Virus record (IMG/VR): IMGVR_UViG_3300024251_000026 | Coordinates: 1-29,712 of that record | DNA from: a virus | Lineage: Duplodnaviria; Caudoviricetes | DNA: 29,712 nucleotides | Reading direction: 5' to 3' (one strand) | Shown here: positions 9,850 through 18,724 of the stretch, in pieces | Layout of the letters: the number at the start of each line of letters is the position of its first letter | How positions within the stretch are numbered: position 1 is the first letter of the stretch | The notes under the pieces: model-generated | Seen by the model: the letters and a program-made list of their open reading frames with translations, nothing else | The model's database searches: none | What the model was told of the DNA's origin: nothing | Program-made: the position numbers and the translations under genes

Positions 9850-10382
9850 ATGCGTTTTTGTACTTCTTTAATGTCTTCATCATTTAACCCATCCAACTTA
9901 ACACCTTCCCAACCTTTGGAAAGGGCAGAATGAACGTTGTATTTTAAACACGGCCTATGAGCCATTTTCATACCTGTAGCTTTAAATATCCGGCTACCTC
10001 TAATCTCAAAGTCCCAAGGATTAGTAGTTTGCTCAAGTAGACTAATCAGATACTTGCGGTTCCATAAAGTATACTGGGTCGTTACTGGATATTCTTCATT
10101 CTCTTCTGGGGTACAGTAACAGAGTTTAGCGCAGACTTCTTGACCAAAATTCACGTCTAACAATTGCAGGGTTCCGGCAATTAAGTAATCATCTAGGGCA
10201 AAAATAATCTTTTCGTCCTCTAGCTTTTGCAGATAATCAGCAACAAATTTAGACCAACCTTCTATTTCACCAGTGTAATTAAGCCAAACAACATCAAATC
10301 CTGTCAAATATTTATCTACAAGATACTTACTAGCAGGTACGAGTTTTTGGCTACCTGGATAACCGATTAGTATAATTTTCAT
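9846..10382 (-). CDS. Putative glycosyltransferase-like protein, 178 aa
   Basis: IIFALDDY acidic motif and LWNRKYL...PWDFE motif; lies inside the sugar cluster. Confidence 0.5.
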   Translation of the reverse strand: MKIILIGYPGSQKLVPASKYLVDKYLTGFDVVWLNYTGEIEGWSKFVADYLQKLEDEKIIFALDDYLIAGTLQLLDVNFGQEVCAKLCYCTPEENEEYPVTTQYTLWNRKYLISLLEQTTNPWDFEIRGSRIFKATGMKMAHRPCLKYNVHSALSKGWEGVKLDGLNDEDIKEVQKRI

Positions 10383-10971
10383 AAATATTAAGCTTACTTA
10401 AGTCTATATATCCTTGTTCTTCGACCTTTAAATCTTCTAGTTCTTTATTTTTAATCATATCAAAAAGTTGAAGTCCTCTAGCAGCTTGTTCCGGCTGTAA
10501 GTAGCAATTCCAGCCTATCATTTTAATAGAATTGTCAGACAAAGGTTTTTCTTCCCGCCCGTCAAACCTAGCTAATTTAAACCAGTTGTAAGCTTCCTCG
10601 TCATTAATTAAAATCATGCCCCCTCTGCCTATGGGTAAAAGTTTTTTAGAGTGAAAACTTAGACAATGAAAACCACCTTGGTACATATTTTTCTTAAATC
10701 TTAAAGCTCCGTCTGTTACATTATAAGGGGGGAAATCATAAACCCCTTCCCACTTATAATCCCAAAACCGAACTCTACCACCAGCATGAAGCACAGAGCA
10801 AGGTACAGACGGGTAAGTTAGTTTAGGCACGCTCACCTCTTCCACTTTTAAGTAAGCAAAGCTAAGCAACAGAGCCGCTGTGCAACTTTCTACTGCCACC
10901 GCATATTTAGAACCCGCATACTCGGCAATAACCTGCTCAAATGTCCTAACTACATCATAAGCTTTACTCAT
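10351..10971 (-). CDS. DegT/DnrJ/EryC1/StrS PLP aminotransferase (PseC-like, short), 206 aa
   Basis: FEQVIAEYAGSKYAVAVESCTAAL, DGA and SFHSKKLLPIGRGGMI (PLP lysine). Confidence 0.9.
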   Translation of the reverse strand: MSKAYDVVRTFEQVIAEYAGSKYAVAVESCTAALLLSFAYLKVEEVSVPKLTYPSVPCSVLHAGGRVRFWDYKWEGVYDFPPYNVTDGALRFKKNMYQGGFHCLSFHSKKLLPIGRGGMILINDEEAYNWFKLARFDGREEKPLSDNSIKMIGWNCYLQPEQAARGLQLFDMIKNKELEDLKVEEQGYIDLSKLNIYENYTNRLSR

Positions 10972-11657
10972 AAAGTGTTTTCTTTCATGTAAGAGGGATT
11001 AATAATACTGTCCTGGTATTGGGCTAAAGTCACACCCCTAGTCTGTAGTTTGTAATTTTCGTATTCCATAGTGCTAATATAATGCTCACTTCTAGCGTCT
11101 TCCATATGCTCAACCCACAAAGGCGGCCAAAGATAACCATTTATTAACCCCATCTCTGCCTGATATTCAGACAAGCCCATAACTCCTTGCCCTCCATAAG
11201 CTTTAAAATCTTCCCGTCTGATGATGAATTGTCCACCAATATGGTGTTTACGCCACAACTTTATACCATTAAAATCTTCAATGTTTGGGTTTAAGTTTTC
11301 TAGGTCTTGAGGTCTAAAATGTAAACCACCAATAAACCCAAAATGGTATTTACCATGGGCTTCTAATAACCTCTTTGACCAATCAGAGGGAATCAGCATA
11401 TCAGAATCTACCTTACCTACAAATTCAGCCTTTGATTTTAAAAATACTTCACTGGTAATCTTTGCCAAACTTTCATTTTTATCACCCAATACAATATCTA
11501 TCCTTAAATTTTTTATACTATATAAATAATTAATCACTTCTAAATTAGAAGCATTGTCCCAAATCGTTAATTTATCAAAATCATTAGCTAAGACAGTCGG
11601 TAAGGACTTTTGTAAATATTCCAAACGGTTATGGGTAATCATTAACAGGTCTAACAT
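10968..11657 (-). CDS. Glycosyltransferase family 2, 229 aa
   Basis: ITHNRLEYL, WDNAS and KVDSD motifs. Confidence 0.85.
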   Translation of the reverse strand: MLDLLMITHNRLEYLQKSLPTVLANDFDKLTIWDNASNLEVINYLYSIKNLRIDIVLGDKNESLAKITSEVFLKSKAEFVGKVDSDMLIPSDWSKRLLEAHGKYHFGFIGGLHFRPQDLENLNPNIEDFNGIKLWRKHHIGGQFIIRREDFKAYGGQGVMGLSEYQAEMGLINGYLWPPLWVEHMEDARSEHYISTMEYENYKLQTRGVTLAQYQDSIINPSYMKENTL

Positions 11658-12529
11658 AGTTTTAGCATTTCACTAACTCGCTGTTTATAAGTGTGTTCAT
11701 TGCGAACTCTTTGGATGGCTTTCTCTAATTTTTTCAATCCTTCGGCTTTATGATCTTTGTAATAATTAACTAAATCCTGGTATTGTTCTTTTGACTCGCC
11801 AATAATTAATTCGTCCTTATCAAACCACCTTGCCATCTGCGGCACCCAGTCAGTAACCATCAGTCCTCCAGCCCCTAAAATACCCCAAAACCGTTCATTA
11901 ATCATCATGCCTGGCTTATCCGATAATCTATTCTTTTCCTTAGATATGATATTCTTTTGGAAATTTCCATGCAGGCTTAAGCAAACATCCGCGCCTCGGT
12001 AAATTGCAGGCATATCTTTTGGCAAAGTAGCGTAAATTCGAGTTACGTTAAGCCCGTCAAAATAATCCTCGCTTCTTAAGTTATAACTATTACCTGCAAA
12101 CACAATACTACCTTTTCTTTCAGTCTTTCCGTCATCAATTAAATCATTATAAGCATGGGGGAAAAAAGTCGCCTCAATACCTTCTAATACTTCCCCTTCC
12201 CAAGCAGTCAAAAAATGCTTACTCATAGCCCTAACCATATTATATCTTAAGTAATCTTTATGAGGGTAATTAAAATGTTCTAATAAACATAAGACCTTGC
12301 CACCCCGTCCCACAAAGTTATCCAAAAATAAAGCACTAATCATGCTCACAGATTGGACAATTACATAGTCCGCTTCAAGGCGTTGGGTTACGGATTTAAT
12401 TTCTGCTTCCTGCCCTAATATCCGTAAAGCGTCAGCGATATTATACAACCAAGCAGTGCCACCATTGACTCCGCCAGAAATCATGGCACTGGAATAGTCG
12501 TGGTCAGGGGTTAGGAGTTGGAATTTCAT
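11651..12529 (-). CDS. GT-B glycosyltransferase (CgeB/Glyco_trans_1_2-like), 292 aa
   Basis: IVFAGN, IYRGADVCL, NERFWGILGAGG and EHTYKQRV motifs. Confidence 0.8.
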   Translation of the reverse strand: MKFQLLTPDHDYSSAMISGGVNGGTAWLYNIADALRILGQEAEIKSVTQRLEADYVIVQSVSMISALFLDNFVGRGGKVLCLLEHFNYPHKDYLRYNMVRAMSKHFLTAWEGEVLEGIEATFFPHAYNDLIDDGKTERKGSIVFAGNSYNLRSEDYFDGLNVTRIYATLPKDMPAIYRGADVCLSLHGNFQKNIISKEKNRLSDKPGMMINERFWGILGAGGLMVTDWVPQMARWFDKDELIIGESKEQYQDLVNYYKDHKAEGLKKLEKAIQRVRNEHTYKQRVSEMLKLC

Positions 12530-13091
12530 CTAAATAAAAGTTATTAATTTTTCTAAGTTCGTATAACTTTAAATCAGCTGCCCTATGGGATTCAGCATTC
12601 TTTTTGGTTTTATCAGCTTCGGGAATCCATGCCCCACTAGTTATAGGATAATGAGCATGGAAAATATTAGCCTCTATAACTTGGAAATATTTACCCCTAC
12701 CTTTCATAATTTCAAAAAATTCCACATCACAATACAAATGGTAATATACTAAAGGAAAATATTGCCGGAACACTTTAATATGGGCAAAGGCCGCATCGCA
12801 CAAATTAGCAGTTACTGCCCCATCTAAATCAGGAAACTCCCGAATATAAGCATCATAAAGTTTTTGAAGAGTATCGGGCTCAATAAACATATCATCAGTT
12901 AAAAAAAACACTAAGTCATCCTGTCCAACTCTCTCCAGTAACCGTCCAAATGGCTTAACTACTCCTTCGCCCGTAGAAACTTCAGTAGCCACTTCAAAAG
13001 CCTGGTTACAGACACTAGCTGAAATAGCCCCTAAAGCTTTAGTTAATTGGTCTTTTCTTTCAGGAGTTGTGGGGATAAGAATTTTTATCAT
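12504..13091 (-). CDS. GT2-like glycosyltransferase (start revised to MIKILIPT)
   Basis: KILIPT, FLTDD, YCDVEF and FHAHY motifs; ATGA coupling at 13088-13091. Confidence 0.75.
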   Translation of the reverse strand: MIKILIPTTPERKDQLTKALGAISASVCNQAFEVATEVSTGEGVVKPFGRLLERVGQDDLVFFLTDDMFIEPDTLQKLYDAYIREFPDLDGAVTANLCDAAFAHIKVFRQYFPLVYYHLYCDVEFFEIMKGRGKYFQVIEANIFHAHYPITSGAWIPEADKTKKNAESHRAADLKLYELRKINNFYLDEIPTPNP

Positions 13092-13693
13092 AATGGCCAC
13101 CTTTTGCTTCTACGAAAATGAAACATCATAATTTCTTCGCCGTCTTGATAAAGCTTCCCGTCTTCTTTTTTTAAATTCGGGGTTTCAGTGTAAGGATTTC
13201 CTTGCCAAAACGTATATTTATACCTTAAGCCACTTTGTTCTAAGGCTCGGCTAAATTCTTTTTCTACCCAACCATTTGGTTGACCCTGAATAAATTTTTG
13301 CCAATCACATTTTCGAAATAAGTTATTAACTTCTAGAGTATTCCGGTATAGGCTCCAGCAACCATTAACATATTCGTGGTGGTTAGAATGAACATCTAAA
13401 TTGCTTAAAAATTCGTCAGTTATCCATTTATCCACATCCCCATAAACACAGTCTAAATCAGTATGCCCCCAAAAATCATAACCTTTTATTTCCTTTTCAT
13501 ATAATACCCCTAGCATGGCTCTGTAGTCCCAGACTTTGCCTGTTCCCTCTTGGACAGTACATTCTACCCCTAAAGTTTTCTTAACCCGTGTCTGAAAAGT
13601 CGGTAAATAAGTATCTAGTAAAAAGTCATAACCTTTAGGAAAGCGATAGTGTTTATACCATTCAGGAAGTTGGCCGAAATACGGCACAATCAT
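13088..13693 (-). CDS. DUF6625-like putative glycosyltransferase, 201 aa
   Basis: IVPYFGQLP, DYRAMLG and GYDFWGHTDLDCVYGD motifs. Confidence 0.75.
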   Translation of the reverse strand: MIVPYFGQLPEWYKHYRFPKGYDFLLDTYLPTFQTRVKKTLGVECTVQEGTGKVWDYRAMLGVLYEKEIKGYDFWGHTDLDCVYGDVDKWITDEFLSNLDVHSNHHEYVNGCWSLYRNTLEVNNLFRKCDWQKFIQGQPNGWVEKEFSRALEQSGLRYKYTFWQGNPYTETPNLKKEDGKLYQDGEEIMMFHFRRSKRWPL

Positions 13694-14097
13694 TAATTTT
13701 TTAATAAATACACTCCTTCCTTATAATCCGTAAACTTAAAACCGCTTTTAATAAATAAATTCATTGAGGCTAAATTCCCTTCCACAATCTTAGCGTAAAA
13801 CTTGCCTGCAATTAATCCCAAAGCTTGTCTGGCTAGTCCTTTACCCCGAAACTCTTTAACAATCCTGACACTAATTTCCCTATCAGCTTCTACCCGCAAG
13901 TCCCCCACGCAATTATCATCTTCAATTAAAATATAAAAATAAATACCCTTTTCTTTTAATTTTTTTTCTAACCAAAATAAATGATTTTCTCTCTTAATTT
14001 CTTGATGGGTCACAATCGCCCATTTCCGCACCTCTGGGTCATTTTTCAAATCCAGCAGAAAATCAGCGTCTTCCATAGTTACTTTGCGGAATTTCAT
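13693..14097 (-). CDS. GNAT N-acetyltransferase (PseH-like), 134 aa
   Basis: EDADFLLDLKNDPEVR...EIKRENHLFW, FRGKGLA (acetyl-CoA motif A) and NLASMNLFIKSGF. Confidence 0.85.
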   Translation of the reverse strand: MKFRKVTMEDADFLLDLKNDPEVRKWAIVTHQEIKRENHLFWLEKKLKEKGIYFYILIEDDNCVGDLRVEADREISVRIVKEFRGKGLARQALGLIAGKFYAKIVEGNLASMNLFIKSGFKFTDYKEGVYLLKN

Positions 14098-14747
14098 ATG
14101 AGTTTGGAATTAGGAATTACGCAATGCCCCCCAATCGGAGTCATAATCGGCTGCAAAACAGGCCGTTGAAATTCAGGGTGGCCCAGTTGCTTATAACCCT
14201 CGTTGTAACTGATATTAGCCAAACTATAAGCTTCAGCAAACGGCACTTCATGCTTAATACAGAGTTCTTTGGCTCGTTGGGTAAATTCAATACACGCCCT
14301 GTAATACTCGGTATCAAGTAGCTTCATTAGTTCAGTAGTTTCGCTCTTATCACAAACTTGCATAGTCAATCCTGCCCGTCTAAAATAATCTGCAACTTCA
14401 CTGGCTCCGTCACCCCCCAAAAACTTAATGAACGTTCTAATGCCGCTTTCCAAATTGGGGTGTAATCCTCTAATGGGACTATGAAGCGCGTTGAGTTGTT
14501 TACTGGTTCCGACTGGGACTGTAGAATGTATGACGGTATACTTTGGTTGGTATTTTTCTTGGTATTGTTTAACATCATCGATAAATTTATCGGAATAAGG
14601 GAAACAAATATGGATAATTTCTGCTTTTAAGTCAGGTTCGTGGAAAACTTTTTTTTGCTCATCCCACACTGCCGTAGGGTATTGAGTAAACAAAACAGCA
14701 TCTAAGGCTTGTCCTACTTCACCATAACCAATTATAAGGGTTTTCAT
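14094..14747 (-). CDS. UDP-glucose/GDP-mannose dehydrogenase family protein (short)
   Basis: IIGYGEVG Rossmann motif, HSTVPVGT, TELMKL and IGGHC catalytic Cys; start revised to the ATGA overlap. Confidence 0.85.
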   Translation of the reverse strand: MKTLIIGYGEVGQALDAVLFTQYPTAVWDEQKKVFHEPDLKAEIIHICFPYSDKFIDDVKQYQEKYQPKYTVIHSTVPVGTSKQLNALHSPIRGLHPNLESGIRTFIKFLGGDGASEVADYFRRAGLTMQVCDKSETTELMKLLDTEYYRACIEFTQRAKELCIKHEVPFAEAYSLANISYNEGYKQLGHPEFQRPVLQPIMTPIGGHCVIPNSKLI

Positions 14748-15277
14748 TCGTACCACTCCGAACGCCCTCGCACCGCTATAAAGTGCGGGGCAGTAGAGGG
14801 CAAGTTAATTTGTGAGGTGTAGCAATTTAAAGCTTGATTTTTTATATCTATCTCTATTTGTGTAGGTTTAATTTCTCTGGTGCCATTAATCCATAAGTTC
14901 GTGCGGTTATAAGAAGTATAAGTAGTTACCTCAAAAAACTCTTTGGCTACTTTACCAATCATATTATGGTGAAAGTTACCATTTTCGTGGATAGCCGGAG
15001 CATAGATTTTTTTAAACCCAACAAAGTTTGGGAACAGTAATCTTAACTTTTCTTCGCTTAAAGTATCATCCCTCAAACCAGCAAAAAATACTGGGCAACC
15101 TAAAATTTTTAAAGCATTAATCGTTTCCTGTCGTCTTTGTTCAGCAGTTATTCTGTCGCCTCGATTAAACTGGATATAGGAGTCAGTGACCATTAACACC
15201 AAAGGTTTTTCCCGCAGTAACGTATAAGCTCCAAACAAAGCTTCATCATCGTTGTGTGGGGAAATAAATAGGTTCAT
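14744..15277 (-). CDS. PIG-L/LmbE family deacetylase, 177 aa
   Basis: SPHNDDE, RRQE, HENGNFHH and YTSQ motifs. Confidence 0.85.
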   Translation of the reverse strand: MNLFISPHNDDEALFGAYTLLREKPLVLMVTDSYIQFNRGDRITAEQRRQETINALKILGCPVFFAGLRDDTLSEEKLRLLFPNFVGFKKIYAPAIHENGNFHHNMIGKVAKEFFEVTTYTSYNRTNLWINGTREIKPTQIEIDIKNQALNCYTSQINLPSTAPHFIAVRGRSEWYE

Positions 15278-15795
15278 ATAACTATTCCATTTCGTATGGT
15301 GATTAATTGGCCGTTTTTAAATTCACCGTTAATTACTAATTGAACTACCTTGGCCACTTCATCAGGGTCTTGGGCTTGACCTTCCAATCCTAGCTTTCGC
15401 CACATTTCAGTATCCGTGGGTCCTGGAGCAATAACATAACATTCTCTCTCCCTGGCCAGAATTTGGGCATACATGTTTAGGGCTGCCTTAGAAGCGGAAT
15501 AAACAGGGAATAAACCATTACCTTTAAACGCAGCAGTAGAAGAAATAAAGATAATCTTTTTGGCTTTGATGGTTTTAATTAAAATGATATTGGAAATAAC
15601 ATTAGCTTTAAAAGTTTCTAAAACATTGTTTTCATCAATAATTCCGTGAGCACATATCAACCAATCAAATTCTCCATCGGTATTTATTGCAAAATTAGGA
15701 CGAGCTACGCAAGTAAGTTCGTGGTTTTTTAACCTATTTTTAATAGCCGAACCAATTCCTCCCGTAGCTCCTGTTAAAAGAATCTTATATGCCAT
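15274..15795 (-). CDS. Short-chain dehydrogenase/reductase (start revised to MAYKILL)
   Basis: TGATGGIG, ISS, YSASK and PGPTDT motifs; AGGA ribosome-binding site before the ATG at 15795. Confidence 0.9.
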   Translation of the reverse strand: MAYKILLTGATGGIGSAIKNRLKNHELTCVARPNFAINTDGEFDWLICAHGIIDENNVLETFKANVISNIILIKTIKAKKIIFISSTAAFKGNGLFPVYSASKAALNMYAQILARERECYVIAPGPTDTEMWRKLGLEGQAQDPDEVAKVVQLVINGEFKNGQLITIRNGIVI

Positions 15796-16369
15796 GTTTT
15801 TTCCTAACAATTAAGATTGCGTCTAAATAACTCATGCCCCCATGTGAAATTCCTGATTTAAGTTCGGTTTCAAAAATCAAATCCTCACAGTACACCCCCC
15901 GCTTGCCTTGCTCTAACAGAGTTAACCACAAATCCCAGTCTTGAAGTCGTAAAATAGTTTCATCCCAAGGACGCTCTGGCAAGTCAGCAGTGCGAATTAA
16001 TGACATACTAGAAATATAATTCTTCTGCTTAAGTTCTTTAGCATCCCATGGTCTATGACTCCAAGTATCTTTACCTAATTTATACCGACCATAACAGTAA
16101 GAAGCTTTACTCATTTTTAAAGTCTTGAGCATGGTTTCTAAAGCCCTAGACTTCCATTCAATATCGTTGTCTGAAAACAACACAAAGGGGCTTTTAACCT
16201 GCTTTAAACCCTCATTTCTGGCCCATGGTGCGCCTTTTCCTTGGTCCTTGACCTCAATAACCTGAAAGTCTTGAAAGGTCTGTAAGGCAAGGGAATTTAA
16301 AGTAATCTCCGCAGTATCCATTTCCCTTAAAGGAATTACGATAGTAATGACTGGTAAGCTTGAGTCCAT
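15785..16369 (-). CDS. Glycosyltransferase family 2, 194 aa
   Basis: ITIVIP, ARNEGL, FSDND and LQDWDLWL motifs. Confidence 0.9.
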   Translation of the reverse strand: MDSSLPVITIVIPLREMDTAEITLNSLALQTFQDFQVIEVKDQGKGAPWARNEGLKQVKSPFVLFSDNDIEWKSRALETMLKTLKMSKASYCYGRYKLGKDTWSHRPWDAKELKQKNYISSMSLIRTADLPERPWDETILRLQDWDLWLTLLEQGKRGVYCEDLIFETELKSGISHGGMSYLDAILIVRKKHGI

Positions 16370-17412
16370 AAGTGAATGTTATTTTTAATAGCGTACTTTT
16401 CTAAAACGTACTTCTTGGCCTGTTGGCCGATATTTTTTCGCATAGCTGGGTTTTCAATTAAAACCTCTAGGGAGCGTTTAAAATCACTAGCATCAAAGGC
16501 TAAACTCAAATAGTTCCTGTCTTCAGGATTAACTTGGTAAGGAGAAAGATTATCACTAAATCCAGCAGCTACTACCGGAATTTCTAGCATAGAAGCTTCT
16601 AGAAATTTTAAGTTACTTTTGCATCTATTAAAGTAGTCATCTTTACGAGGGATAACAATTATGTCGAGTCGCAGTTCGTTTAAAGCATCAATATAGTCCG
16701 CTACAGGCACAAAGGGCTGCCATTCCACATTTAAAGACCGCCAAAACTCGTAATCGGACTGATACATTTCTCTGACAACCACAGCTTCGGTATCGTTATT
16801 ATTAGGGCTTTGGGGTGGCAAAGCAAACACAACCAATTGCACATTCTTCCGGTTACTTAAATCTTTTAATAACTCTTTAATTTCTGTGTAATCCCCGTTA
16901 GAGGCCACGGAACCCACAAACCCTAAGCGCACTTTTTCGGTTTCGTTTTTTAAGGGTTCTGGCCAGATATCAGGGTCAATACAATTTGGTAATACTACCA
17001 CGTTCTTGTTTAGCTTACGGTATTCTTCTGCTAAAACTTCAGTAGAACAGGTCACCATGTCTGCCATTTCGCAAAACTTGTCTAAACCCGCATCCACGTG
17101 CTCTAAGGCTTTTTGTAAATTCTTCCCTTCAAGATTTTTATAAGTATCGTCATTGTCCGCTACAATCTTCTTGCCTTGTCCCCGAAGTTTTAAGGCAATT
17201 TCCATGCTCCGCCAGTCATTAGGGCGGTGAAAAATTACAATATCCGAACTTAACACTGCTGCTGTCTGACGTTGACTATCAATCCTAGGGCTTCTTAAAC
17301 TAGTACGGTCCCCGTCCCAGCCAGCTTCAATCATGGGAACTAAAGCCCTAACATACCAACAAGACTCAAGAAAAGAATTACAAAAATAAACCTTGGGGTT
17401 TTCTTTAGACAT
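16336..17412 (-). CDS. GT-B glycosyltransferase (GT4-like), 358 aa
   Basis: DNDD, VTCSTEVL, VLPNCID, LGFVGS and KSNLKFLEASMLEIPVV motifs. Confidence 0.85.
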   Translation of the reverse strand: MSKENPKVYFCNSFLESCWYVRALVPMIEAGWDGDRTSLRSPRIDSQRQTAAVLSSDIVIFHRPNDWRSMEIALKLRGQGKKIVADNDDTYKNLEGKNLQKALEHVDAGLDKFCEMADMVTCSTEVLAEEYRKLNKNVVVLPNCIDPDIWPEPLKNETEKVRLGFVGSVASNGDYTEIKELLKDLSNRKNVQLVVFALPPQSPNNNDTEAVVVREMYQSDYEFWRSLNVEWQPFVPVADYIDALNELRLDIIVIPRKDDYFNRCKSNLKFLEASMLEIPVVAAGFSDNLSPYQVNPEDRNYLSLAFDASDFKRSLEVLIENPAMRKNIGQQAKKYVLEKYAIKNNIHLWTQAYQSLLS

Positions 17413-17728
17413 TTTCCTCCAATTTAGCTAATTCCTCTTTCATTTTATGTATCTGGTCTTTTTTCTGCAACTTTAAAGCCACCAAATGCTGTTCGGCTTG
17501 CTCTATTTGCTGCTGAATTGTTAGTTTGGTGTCAGTAGGTTGAAAATTAACAGGAGGACTAGTAGGCTCGACTGGAACATTAATTTTAGCTTCCACTTCT
17601 TCTTTAGTCGGGACGTAGCCTGGGGTATTGAGTTCTAAAACAGTTTTGGTTTCGGGGTCAATAATATTTCCCATCGGGTCAATCATTTCCTTGGTACGTT
17701 TCATATTCGGACTTATCACCACACCCAT
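17405..17728 (-). CDS. Hypothetical protein, first gene of the glycan cassette (start revised to MGVVISP)
   Basis: GAGGT ribosome-binding site upstream of the ATG at 17728; C-terminal coiled coil. Confidence 0.7.
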   Translation of the reverse strand: MGVVISPNMKRTKEMIDPMGNIIDPETKTVLELNTPGYVPTKEEVEAKINVPVEPTSPPVNFQPTDTKLTIQQQIEQAEQHLVALKLQKKDQIHKMKEELAKLEENV

Positions 17729-17736
17729 AATTACCT

Positions 17737-17780
17737 CGTTGCCTACTGATGTATCCCAGCAACGGGAGAACACCAGTAAG
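17737..17780 (-). promoter_or_regulatory. Structured 5' leader of the glycan cassette
   Basis: Outer stem CUUACUGGUGU/ACAUCAGUAGG and inner stem UCCC/GGGA; loop segment CGUUGC is complementary to GCAACG next to the SD. Confidence 0.55.
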
Positions 17781-17792
17781 ATAATTAGTTAT

Positions 17793-17821
17793 AGAATAAC
17801 ATATTATTAAGAATTTGTCTA
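17793..17821 (-). promoter_or_regulatory. Sigma70-type promoter for the glycan cassette
   Basis: TAGACA-N17-TATTCT with extended TGt; the -35 overlaps the capsid stop codon. Confidence 0.6.
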
Positions 17822-18724
17822 AGCTGGGCTGAAAATCGCAATGCCAGCATTGTCCCTATTTTCAATAGTACCATACAGTAAATCTGCGGTGGTAACAGTT
17901 GAAAGGTAGAACGGCACATAACTTGACTGGACACGCACACCATAACGACCAGTCATGGATGAGCCTAAACTGCCGCCAGTGCCCAAAGGTGAAGTTGCAA
18001 AGTGCAAAGCATCTTTGTGGGCTAAAGCGTTGTATCTACCTGTAGAACCGCTAACGAACTGAATGTTGTTAGAAATATATACAGGAATACCATACAAAAG
18101 CGCAGCTGGCCTTTTGGCTGTCGGGTCGTTAATTGGGGAGTTAATAGCCAAAGAAAACTTGTTAATGGCTTGTAACTGCTTCCAAAACACAGCCGGAGAG
18201 AAGAAGAAAGCTACGTCTTGGGTAGTGTCTACACCATTGGACTCTAACTGGGAGATAGCAGACAAAATATCGCTATCTGCAACGTTGGTACCGGAAGTAC
18301 CAGCAATCCCACTAAAGCCAGAAAACAAAGATGCTAGAGCAACTTCAAGTTTCTTAGCCATGGTGTATCCAGCATTCATTGCATACTTTTCTTGTAAGTA
18401 ATACGAATGCTTCATCTGGGCAGCTTCACGGTCTTCAATGGCAAAGGAAACTTCATACCATTGGTCAATAGCCAAGTCAATCTTGGTATCTGTTGGAGCG
18501 TTCAAAGTTACCGCAGTAGCGTTAGTCTTTGAGTTGGCTGTCATTTCCGTAGTGGACGGAGTGTAAAGGTGGTTACCGCCAGCAGCCACTTCTGCGCTGC
18601 GGTCTACGAAAAAATCGGCTAACATTAACTTCAGTTTAAAGAAGTCGTTTATCTTTTCTCCCCAAATCGTAGGTATGTAGGAGGCAAGAGTAGTCAGGGT
18701 CTCTGACGTGGTTGGAAATGCCGT
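17819..18724 (-). CDS. Major capsid protein (P22-coat-like, HK97 fold), 301 aa, ACG start
   Basis: Frame is open 33 codons upstream of the ORF-track start: ACG-AFPTTSETLTTLASYIPTIWGEKINDFF; AGAAAGG SD 6 nt upstream; in-frame TAA 5 codons earlier; LYGIPVYISNN and ADLLYG capsid motifs; follows the scaffold gene. Confidence 0.88.
   Translation of the reverse strand, partial: TAFPTTSETLTTLASYIPTIWGEKINDFFKLKLMLADFFVDRSAEVAAGGNHLYTPSTTEMTANSKTNATAVTLNAPTDTKIDLAIDQWYEVSFAIEDREAAQMKHSYYLQEKYAMNAGYTMAKKLEVALASLFSGFSGIAGTSGTNVADSDILSAISQLESNGVDTTQDVAFFFSPAVFWKQLQAINKFSLAINSPINDPTAKRPAALLYGIPVYISNNIQFVSGSTGRYNALAHKDALHFATSPLGTGGSLGSSMTGRYGVRVQSSYVPFYLSTVTTADLLYGTIENRDNAGIAIFSPA

Noticed and set aside
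14366-14578. Alternative-frame minus-strand ORF of 70 aa
   Set aside because: Entirely nested in the NDP-sugar dehydrogenase gene, with no independent support
7953-17412. Host O-antigen/capsule locus or assembly chimera
   Set aside because: No flippase, polymerase or export genes; the cassette is co-oriented with and joined to phage genes and shares their GATC depletion. Read-level confirmation is still advisable
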